From contig NW_003314342.1 in the NCBI RefSeq assembly GCF_000143415.4, positions 271,569 to 335,568 of the forward strand: a DNA stretch of 64,000 nt. Direction: 5' to 3'. A program made the translations under genes and the position numbers. Of the stretch, positions 11,495-21,611 are shown one piece after another. Origin of the DNA: Selaginella moellendorffii (Eukaryota; Plantae; Lycopodiophyta). The notes under the pieces were generated by a model. That model was given only the letters and a program-made list of their open reading frames with translations, was not told where the DNA came from and searched no databases. How positions within the stretch are numbered: position 1 is the stretch's first letter; each line of letters starts with the position of its first letter.

Positions 11495-12634
11495 TTGGTA
11501 GCGGTGAGGGGCACCTTTGATTGTCCCTAGGGAGTGCTTGGATTTGGGATTTTGGTTTAGATCTAGCTTTTGCATTGTCTAGATCTAGCTTTTTCCATTT
11601 CCTTTCTTTTGTTCTTTCCTTTCAGGATTTTGGTTTAGATCTAGCTTTTTGCATTGTCTAGATTTACCATTTCTTTCCAGCTTTTTGTCATTTCTCTTTT
11701 TTTGCTCTTTCTTTTTCGTTCATCTTCATGGCCGATCCGCAATCTCCTCCTTTGACTCTAGAGCAACAGTTGGTTCAATTGCTTGATGCTATGTGCTTGC
11801 AATTGAACAACTAAACTCAATTGATGGCGGCATTCACGGCACGTGGTCCAAATCCTCCTGCTCTTGGTGCCAATCCTCGCGTTCGGCCAGAGTTCTTTCG
11901 TGGGAATCCTGGGGATAATGTGTACCATTGGTTCGATCACTTCATGGTGATTGCCACATATCATTCTTCGGATGATGCTCGCCATTTGCGTGAGTTTCCC
12001 TTGTGTCTCCAAGGGACGGCGTTGCAGTGGTACAATGGATTGAGTGCAGCCACTCGTGGGGATTGGAGTGTTCTTCTGGACGTCTTCAAACGCGCCTTCG
12101 GACATGCCGACGATTGTGACGATGCCTTCCAACAATTGCATCGTCTTTGCCAAAGGCCATCTGAGTCGGTGATGCAATTTGGCATTCGCTTCCAAAGTCT
12201 TTTGCTTCGTGCGGAGCCAAATAAGTCGGAGCGGATAAGCTAGGAATGTTGTGGCCAGCACTTCGTCAAGATCTTGTCAGCCTTGTGCATGCACTTGCTC
12301 CTGCCACCCTTGACGATGCTCTTCGCTTAGCACAACATTATGAGATATTGCCTTTTCCACTTCTTGCTGCACATCCTTCAACTCCACTTCCTATGGGTGA
12401 TGGTCCTGTTCCAATGGAAGTTGATGCTGCTGCTCCTCGAGTCCACGGACAAGGGCGAGGACATGGTCGTGGCCGTGATGTTCGTTGTTGGGTGTGTGAT
12501 GAAGTTGGTCATACTTATCAGCGTTGTCGACGCTTTCCGGATTGGCGACCTCCATTTCCTGGATGGAGACCTTGGCGTCAGCAACGTCCTATTGGTGTTG
12601 CTACGGTGGAAGGTTTGGACACCGAGGTGCATCC

Positions 12635-12696
12635 GGGAAACGAGGAGTCGCGCGAGTAACGGAGGGACCTTGCGCGAATAAGTTAGTGAGCCCTCC
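12635..12696 (+). promoter_or_regulatory. Putative -1 programmed ribosomal frameshift signal (slippery heptamer + pseudoknot)
   Basis: G GGA AAC in the gag frame; pol ORF in the -1 frame; 6-nt spacer; stem TCGCGCGAG/CTTGCGCGA; loop GGAGGG complementary to downstream CCCTCC. Confidence 0.75.
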
Positions 12697-15251
12697 ATCT
12701 TTCTTTCGAGAGTATCATCAAGGGGTTCACTCGGCACCGGTTCATTCAGTGTTTACTTTCCAAGCTCGTTTTTATAACAAGAGGTCTCCTATTCTTCTCT
12801 CCGTGTTGGTTGATACAGGTTCGAGTTTATCGTCTATTGCTCGACCTGTTGCCACACGTTGTTGTCTACACTTGCGTCGTGCGGCGGATCCAGTTTTCAT
12901 TCTTTATGGCAACGGCCGTACACATGCATGTGCACGAGAGAAGGCGGACCTGGTTGTGCATGTGGGCGATCTCGAGCTTGAGTTGCAGTCGTTGTGGGTG
13001 GTGCCAAGTCAAGCTTTTGACCTCATTTTTGGTATGGATTGGTTGCAGCGCAATCATGCCAAGTGTGACTTTGAGGCTTCTCCCCCTTGTCTCATACTTC
13101 CTTATGTTTTATCCATTCCTCTCACTTCCGTACCTCTTCATCCCTCTCCTTCTACCTTTGCTTCTATTACTTTTGTTTCCCCACTGTTTCCTCCTATGTT
13201 TCCATCTTGTTCTGCTCTTCCCTTTTCTGATCCCTCTGAAGATCTTTGTGTTGTAGCTGTTGATCGGCTCATGAAAGAGTATTCTGATCTCTTTGAATTT
13301 GACCTATCTTCTAGGGCCAAGATTGCCACACGTCATCCGATTCCAACCGAGGATGCTCGTTCAATCAAGGTTCCTATTCGTCATCGGTCACCCAAGGAGA
13401 TCAAGATTTTACGTGTAAACGTCAAGGAAATGTTGGAGAAGGGTGTTATTCGGAAGTTGCAGAGTCCTTGGGCATATGAACCTCATCTTGTGACGAAGCT
13501 TGATGGGAGTATTCGTTTTTGCATCGACTATCGTCCGTTAAATGAAGTGACAATCCCGGACGTGTACCCTCTTCCTCACACGGCTGATCTCTTGGATCGT
13601 CTAGGGTGAAGTCGTTGGTTCACCAAGCTTGATCTTGCTTCTAGGTACTGGCAAGTACCGATGGCCGAAGAAGATATTCCTAAGACTGCTTTTCGTACAC
13701 CATTTGGTTTGTACGAGTTCTTGGTGATGCCGTTTGGTTTGAACAATGCTCCAGCAACTTTCCAGCGGATGATGGACGAGGTTCTTTGTGATATGCCAGA
13801 GGTGACTGCTGACTTTATTGATGATGTCTTGATTCACTCGGAGGGGACGTGGGAGGAGCACATTCGTGATGTGTGTAAAGTATTGGATCGGCTACGGGAC
13901 GTTGGTTTAAAGCTGAAGCGGTCGAAGTGCGTGTTTGGGTCCAAGGACACAACTTATCATTGGGTACCGTATTTCTCATGAAGGTTTGCAAGTTGATCCT
14001 GACAAACTTGTAGCCGTTCTAAAGTTCCCGACTCCGAAGTGTGTGAATGATGTGCAGCGCTTCCTGGGCAAGGTGCAGTATCTTGGTCGTTTTGTGGATC
14101 ATCTTTCTGATCGCACTGCACCGTTGCGAGCGTTGCTAAAGTCATCAACGTTATCTTTCATCTGGTCTTCAGATTGTGAGCAGACGTTTGTGAATCTCAA
14201 AGAGCTGTTAACGACTCCTCCGGTTTTGGCATATCCTGACTACACTCGACCTTTTATTTTGCACGTAGATGCTTTTGATATTGGTCTTGGAGGTGTGTTG
14301 ATGCAAGAAAGCCCGAGTGTGCCTGGTCAGCGTCATCCCATTGCATATATAAGCCGTACATTACAACCAGCAGAAGTGAACTACTCCATGACAGATAAGG
14401 AGTGTTTAGCGGCAGTTTGGGGTTTCGAGAAACTTTATGCATATCTACATAGTTCTCGGACGTTACTTGAAGGTGACCATGCTGCCGTTACTTCATTATT
14501 GAAGCGGAAAAACCTGGTTGGTCGTATTGCTCAGTGGGCTTTGAAGCTTCAGATAAATAGTTTTGATGTTATTCATCACCCAGGAACGGCTTGTTCGGAC
14601 ATTCAAAGGGATGATTGCGAAGTATGTGAACTTTTAGCATTTGGATTGAGATGGTTATTTGCCGTCTCTTCGGTATGCCTATGTCACAGGGGTGCAAAGT
14701 TCTGTTGGTGCTTCACCATATAAACTTCTATATGGTCATGATCCAATATTACCAACGGAGCTAGGTTTACCTTCGCGATTACCACGAACTCCTGATGCTA
14801 GGTCGTGGGATCAATATTTGACGAGCATTCTTCCACTTGTCCGAGCAGAGTCTGCCGAACACTTAGGCCGCATACAAGTGGGACAACAACGGCGTTACAA
14901 CTCCCATCATCGTCCACCTGCAAAGTACAAAATGGATGATTTGGTGTTAGTCCGTTTTCCCCATCTTACGATACGTGGTTTATCTAAGGGGCTCCTTGCG
15001 CAATGGAAGGGACCGTATCGGGTGTTGCGGCAAGTTGGACCGCAAGTTTATGAGGTTCGGCATGACGTTCAGCAGGCCGATCCTCCGGAGATTGTGTATG
15101 TGTAGCAGTTGAAACGCTTCATACAAAGGGATCAGGAGCAGTTAATACCGTCTACAGACCCGCCGATGCCTCCTCCTGACGTTCCTCCAGATCCCGGCCC
15201 ATCTACAAGAGAACCCTGACGGCCTTCCATTATTCCGAGAGGAGGGGATGA

Positions 15252-15426
15252 TGTGAGGGCCAAGTGTACGGCTACGATGCCGTATACTAATATTAGCATA
15301 GTGGGATTTTGGTAGCCGTCGGATTGGTTTCAATCCGGACCACTCGCTCTTGTATATAAGCTAGAATTTTTGGGCTAATTGATATGCACATTTCTGTATT
15401 CCCTTTCCATATTCCATGCACTCACA
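15252..15426 (+). repeat. 3' LTR (175 bp)
   Basis: Direct repeat of 11320-11494, preceded by a PPT and followed by TSD ACAA. Confidence 0.95.
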
Positions 15427-15625
15427 ACAAAATATTTTTTAAATTAACTTTTCTAATGAGTTAAGCCAATAAGTTTATTGTATTATACTACTCAAGCATA
15501 GGACAACTCAGTTTTTTGAATTTCACAAATAGAGAAATAAGTTTATTTTTTATATTTAATTAAGGCTACTTCATAAAAAAAAAATGAGGTTAGACACAAA
15601 TAATTTGCTATGCCTTGCATGTAGC

Positions 15626-15953
15626 AGCATGTAATGAAGTAATAGAAATGCTATGAATTTTAACATTTTTGAAACATACACACATCTAGATTTAATTAGA
15701 TGAGTTTTTATGATGTCCATTTTTGTTTTTTATAGCATATTGATTATATGGACTATGAGGTCAATGTATGAAGATAAACAGCTAGTAGTTATTTTAATTT
15801 GTCAGAAAACATGGAAAGAATAATTGCTAAAGTAGCTGTTTGTCAACATTCTGGTGGTAGCCTCAAAAACATCTTGAAGTCCTTGCAATAGTCATATATC
15901 ATCTAATTGTCTTTGACCCGGTATCTTCATCCTTAACCAAAAACATTGATCTT
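15626..15953 (-). repeat. Dispersed duplicate of 59053-59408 (XTH 3' end + spacer + first 14 codons of the YvgO-like ORF)
   Basis: Near-identical runs such as GTCAACATTCTGGTGGTAGCCTCAAAAAC and AGAAATGCTATGAATTTTAACATTT occur at both loci; there is a small internal deletion in the XTH part. Confidence 0.9.
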
Positions 15954-17052
15954 TTTCATCACTATTGCATGGATATGTACAAGTGACAAGTGTCAATATG
16001 AACAGGGTTCAAATCCGGTGGTGGGAATTAAAATTTCTAGATTTTTTACTTCTTGCCTTAGGGTAAGGGGCCACTAATTCTCACTCGGGTCCTTAATTCC
16101 GGCCACCTCTGCCCCAAACCATGTCCATGTGATAAATGGAAAATTACGTGGTAATTTTTTGGCAGGTTCTATGGCATTCTAGGTTTATATATATAAATTA
16201 GTGTATTTAAAGTGTATTTAATGATCAAATGATATTGACAAAATAATTAGTGGAATAATGGATTTGTAATGAATTATAAATGCAACCTTTTCACAAAGAG
16301 AAACATTAAGAAAACACAACTATTCAAACTCATATAAAAGTTTGAAAACAATTATTATAATTAGATAATAGTGACAAAATAATTTAAAACTTTATAAACA
16401 CAGTAATTTCATCTTTGTTATTTACATTGAATTGGAGTTCATATTATATTGTGGTAATGTAAGTGTTTCACAATATTTTTTAATTTCTAAAATACATGTT
16501 TATTTACTTATTATTTGGAAAAATATATAATAGTTTAAATGAGTTTTAACTGAAAATATTTGCTAAATTTAAATTTAAAATTTTAAGCATGTATTTCTTA
16601 AAATCATAAGAGATTATTTAGTATAAAAAACTTCTTCTATTTTTCGTTTTTTTTATTTATATATAAATAAACAGATTTCATTAACTATTATTTTAATAGC
16701 TTAAATATACCTATTTTTTAGAAAGTATTCTTTAACCCAACCAGAAAAGAATATTCAAGGAGGCTTTGGTTGGGTTTGAAGGGTTGGTTGGTTTTGCGGT
16801 AGTACGCTTTTCAACGCGCACGCCTTCCACGATGTCAAATAAAGTAGCGCAAACAATAAGACCTTGGAAGGCCCTAGACCGATCGTTCGAATCTCCATCG
16901 ACACGCGATCGACTGATCGATCGAATCTCCATCCGCGGGCGATCGACTGATCGATCTATCTCTCGCCAAGGTAAGCGCTCGCTCGCCGGTTAGGTTTTGA
17001 TGCCTGGCGAGCTAGGGATTGAAATGCGGGTTCTCACGAGCTGTCTGCCAGG

Positions 17053-18563
17053 ATGAAGATCATCGATCGAGTCAAGGAGGCATGGAGCGAGGACAAGATC
17101 GTCTACTCCTTCGAATTTATGCCTCCCAGGACTCCCAAGGGGATGAAGCTACTCCTCGACAGCCTCGACCGCATTGTCATGTTCCAGCCCAGCTTTTGTG
17201 ACATTACTTGGCGTGCCAGCAGCTCCGAGATGACGCTCGAGATCGCCAGGAAGATGAAAACCATGGTGAGATGCTTCTTCCTTTAGCTTTTGCCTTTCCT
17301 CCTTTTGCTTTTGGGCTTGGATGAGCTCATCGATTTCTTCCTCTCTCATATTTTTTTTTCTTCTCGATCAGTTTGGTTTGGAGACGATGATGCACTTGAC
17401 ATGCGTGGGATCGACACCGGAGAGGATTGACAGTGCTCTGGACTTTGTTCGGTCGCATGGAGTGGAAAACATCCTTGCTCTTCGCGGCGATCCTCCCGAG
17501 GGAGAGGAGGCCTTGGATGTTGCTGGCAGCGACGATCTCTCTTGCGCTCTTGATCTGGTGAGGAGATTACTTTCGTTGGCTCTTAGTTTTGGAAGGCTTC
17601 TCAGACTCTACGAAACAGGTTTCACATATTCGGGAAACTTACGGATCTTCTTTCGGCATTGTTGTTGCTGGCTATCCTGGTATTGCAAAGTCCTGGATTT
17701 CCTGCAAACTTGTGATTTTCTTTTTCTTTCCAGAGGCTCATCCAGATGTGATTCAAGCGGACGGATCTGCCACCGAAGAAGATTACCAGAAAGATCTCGC
17801 GTATCTCAAAAAGAAGGTAAGATCTTTTCACGGCTTTATAAAACACGGACTCCAGGTTCATGAGATCTTTGGATTTTGTACCAGGTTGACGCGGGAGCCG
17901 ATTTGATCATCAGCCAGCTCTTTTATGACACGGATATCTTCCTGAAGTTCGTCAACGATTGCCGACAAATCGGCATAACTTGCCCAATTGTTCCTGGAAT
18001 TCTGCCAATCAACGATTATAGAAAGTTCTTGCGAATGACGACACTCTGCAGGACGAAGGTTTGATCTTTCCTTGTTCTGCGAGAGAACTTAAATGCTTTT
18101 TCTTGTCAGGTCCCTGCAGATGTTAGAGATGCTTTGCAGAGCATCAAGGATGATCCGGTAGCAGTGCGAAAGTATGGAATTCACCTTGGAACCGAGATGT
18201 GCAAGAAGATCCTTGCTCACGGAATCAAAGCATTGCATCTTTACACGCTAAACTCCGAGAAGACGGCAATTGAGATCTTAAAGGTATGCTCCAATGCTTG
18301 CGTAGTTCTATGTGATACTCAAAGATTTCGTCTGGTTTTATAGAACCTTGGCCTGGTCGACGTGAGCAAAGTGGCCCGTCCTTTGCCTCCAAGCGCACAA
18401 TGCAAACAGGAAGAAGGGTGAGCTTCGCTAGCAGAAAAAAAAAAGAGAAAAAATGGCAATGTTGTTTAGTCTAAAAGGCTCTGTTTTTTTTTTTTCTTCT
18501 TTTTTTTCCAGGACTGCCACTGAAAATTCAGGCGTTTTGGTCGTGGAGTTAAGCTCCGCATAG
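17053..18563 (+). CDS. MTHFR: Methylenetetrahydrofolate reductase, catalytic domain only (~8 coding exons)
   Basis: [77 protein letters not shown]. Spliced end ..[19 protein letters not shown] at TAG 18561-18563; a 5'UTR intron lies just before the ATG. Confidence 0.85.
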
Positions 18564-19001
18564 CCATTTTACCACTGATTCATTCATTGAAGTGCGCCAA
18601 AAAGATTTTGCTTTTGGGCGATCATTTTACTCAATAACAATCTCTCGTCAAAAAAAAAAAGTTGTTGTGTTTGGGCCAACGCATCGACGGTCCATATCGT
18701 TTTCCAAAATCCCACGGCTGCGATCACGCAGCCGATCCAAAGGCCCAGATCTCTTGTCGCGCAGAAGAATAAGAATGTACTCGCAGGCATATTCGCCATG
18801 GCTATGGCTACATTTTTCCCATGAAGGCACTTCTCTCACAGTGCGCTAAATCCCGGACTAAAAAATTCCGTGTTGCTTGGTTGGATCCTTTGCATCGGGG
18901 TTAGGTAGGACGGAGCTCACTCGTCTTGGTATGATCTAGGGTTCTTGGATGTAGAGGAGAGGAAGAGAGCGCAGGGTGAGTGATCGATCGATCCAATCCG
19001 A

Positions 19002-21371
19002 ATGAGGCGCGCCGCCGCTGTGGATGTCGATCGCCGGCCCGGCAAGCGCGTGAGATTATGGGCGGAGCCGGCCGCCGCCGTGGAGCACATCGCCACGAAT
19101 GTCCCTGTAGAATGTGGGGGATTCTACGATCCATCGAGGTACTGGCGGCAGCATCCAGCGATCTATGCTCCAGCGCCAGCGATTTACGCCGCTCCTCACT
19201 ACTACCAGGCAAGTCTAGAGATTTTCCTTTTCCCCCTTCTCTCGGATTTGGGAATGAATTGGGAATGTGTTCTTCCAGACGATTGCGAGCACTTACACGG
19301 AGCCCCAGGATTTTCCGCGGAGGATTCATGCTGGTATGGTCACAGCGGCTGCTCTCCAGGTACCCAACCCCGTGACCGGCCATCTCAACGTAGTAGTTCC
19401 TCCTCAAGCTTGCCACGAAGATGACAAAGATGGCCATTTCGTTTTCGAGCTCGGGGAGAACATCACACCTCGCTGTAAAACTCCATATCCCCATTTCTTC
19501 GAGCTGTTTCGTTCGCGAAGCTTAGCGATGTGAGTTTTTCTTATGGTTGGTGATCTTTTTTTTGCAGACAAAATCATAGGAAAGATGGGTGAAGGTATGA
19601 TCCATACTTTGTTTTCTCTTGCGTGGATTTTTAGACGTCGTTCTTTATGCAGGGACCTTTGGGCGAGTCTTGGAGTGCTGGGATCGCGACACACAGGAGT
19701 ATGTGGCTATCAAGCTCATAAGAAATGTGCAAAAGTATCGTGACGCCGCCATGATTGAGATTGATGTTCTCAACGAGCTTGCGAGATATGACCGGAATGG
19801 TTCAAGGTTCGTGACAGGCACACTTCCTCCTTCGCCTCCTGTGACTCGAGAAGTTCTGCAGACGTTGTGTCCAGTTAAAGCGCTGGTTCGATTTCCGGAA
19901 CCACATTTGCATGGTAAGGCGTGATGACACTCGATACTGAAGGACAACTTTGGATGGTGTGTGATGCAGGTTTTCGAGAAGTTGGGACCAAGCCTTTATG
20001 ACTTTCTCAGGAAGAATGAGTATCGTCCTTACGCAATCGATCTTGTTCGGGAGTTTGGTCGGCAGCTGCTCGAGTCCGTAGCATGTACGTATTTCATCTC
20101 ACCCATGCTATGCTTGCATAAGGCTTGAGAAACTAGGGAGTACAGCTTGAGAGGTGGTCATACTAACTCAAAGACGTTCCTAGTCGTGATTCAGGAGCGT
20201 GAAGTTTACAGGATTGAAGAATGAGAGGTACCGCCACGAGAATATGTCATGGTATGGACATTACTTTGCTTCTTGTTCTTGTATAAATTTCACAGGTCTG
20301 GTGTTGTCAAAGCAACCTCGAAGGCTTAAATCTTTTAGTTTTAAAGCTGGTACTAGACGAAGAATTCCTCTTTATTTGCATGGCATGGGATGCACATAGT
20401 GAAATATTTTGTGTGAATCTGATGTGTGTTGTTTTCTTGCAGACATGCACGATCTTACTCTTATCCACACGGATTTGAAGCCGGAAAACATTCTGCTCGT
20501 GTCTCCAGATCATGTCAAAGTCCCCGACTTCAAGGTGAGGTTTTCACTTCTTTGTTTGTCGCTCTTGTAACCGAGAACCATTCAGGGCCTGTACCAACGA
20601 TCAGGACCAGGACGGTGCTACGTGAGAGTTCCAAGGACGAGCGAGATCAAGCTCATCGACTTCGGAAGCGCAACATTTAACAGTCATTACCACTGCTCGG
20701 TAATATCGACGAGGCACTACAGAGCACCAGAAGTGATACTTGGTATGCGATTTGAAATTAAATGTGTGATTTCGAGCATACTAAGATTTGCATTTTCGTT
20801 CAGGCCTCGGCTGGTCTTACTCCTGTGATATATGGAGCATAGGCTGTATACTTGTTGAGCTGTGCTCGGTATATGCAGTTACCTTGGGATTCAAACAACA
20901 CAATCATTCTCCTGCTGTAATTTCAGGGTAGTACGCTCTTCCAAACGCATGAGAATCTGGAACATCTGGCTATGATGGAACGTATAATTGGTCCACTCCC
21001 TGCTCACATGATCGAGAAAGCAGAGTAAGAAAATTCGAAAGCAAAGCAGTGACTAACTTTTGCTTTCTTCCAGTCGACGAGCCGAGAAGTATTTCAAGAA
21101 CAAAGTGGAACTCAACTGGCCAGAGGGTGCTGTCTCTCGAGAGAGCGTTCGTGCTGTGAGAAAACTTCCAAGGCTACGGGTAAGCTCCATTCTGGTTCTA
21201 GATTTGTGCGTATGTTCTTACGGAAAGCCATGGCTCCAGAATATGATCCTCCAACACGTCGATCAGTACCCAAATGTGTTGCTGGATCTCCTCCAAGGAT
21301 TGCTGAGATACGAGCCAACGGAGAGACTATCCGCGAAGCAAGCTCTATCTCATCCTTTCTTCTGGCACTAG
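19002..21371 (+). CDS. AFC: LAMMER (AFC/CLK-type) dual-specificity SR-protein kinase
   Basis: [73 protein letters not shown]; multi-exon. The first intron appears to use a GC donor (CAG|GCAAGT at 19209). Confidence 0.92.
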
Positions 21372-21494
21372 AAAAAAGAAACGTAGCTTATTTGTCTCAA
21401 GGCACATTCTTATATACCAAAGTGTAAAGTTATGCTGCTTTTAACGACTGGTGTAAAGCATGATTGGTGGTGATATTCGAACCCGGGACCGAAT

Positions 21495-21535
21495 TTTCCC
21501 GCCAAGTTTTTTGAGATGTTGGGGCTCTAGGGTTT
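21495..21535 (+). promoter_or_regulatory. E2F site (TTTCCCGC, 21495-21502) and telo-box (TAGGGTTT, 21528-21535) upstream of SMC4
   Basis: Exact consensus matches about 80-115 bp before the SMC4 ATG, typical of plant cell-cycle genes. Confidence 0.6.
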
Positions 21536-21611
21536 TTGGAAGCTCCGGGCGTGGCGCGCTGGATCGTTCTCTCATGCCGCAGCGGCCGCGTTGATTTGAT
21601 CCCGAGAAGGT

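Larger units (their letters stand above)
11320..15426 (+). mobile_element. Ty3/gypsy LTR retrotransposon, non-chromo, 175-bp LTRs, integrase core deleted, defective
   Basis: TG..CA LTRs at 11320-11494 and 15252-15426; 4-bp TSD ACAA; PBS-like TGGTAGCGG; PPT GAGAGGAGGGG. Coding: gag with zinc knuckle CWVCDEVGHTYQRC, protease LVDTGS, RT (FIDD, MPFGL), RNaseH, integrase C-terminal GPY motif. In-frame stops and a frameshift are present. Confidence 0.95.
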
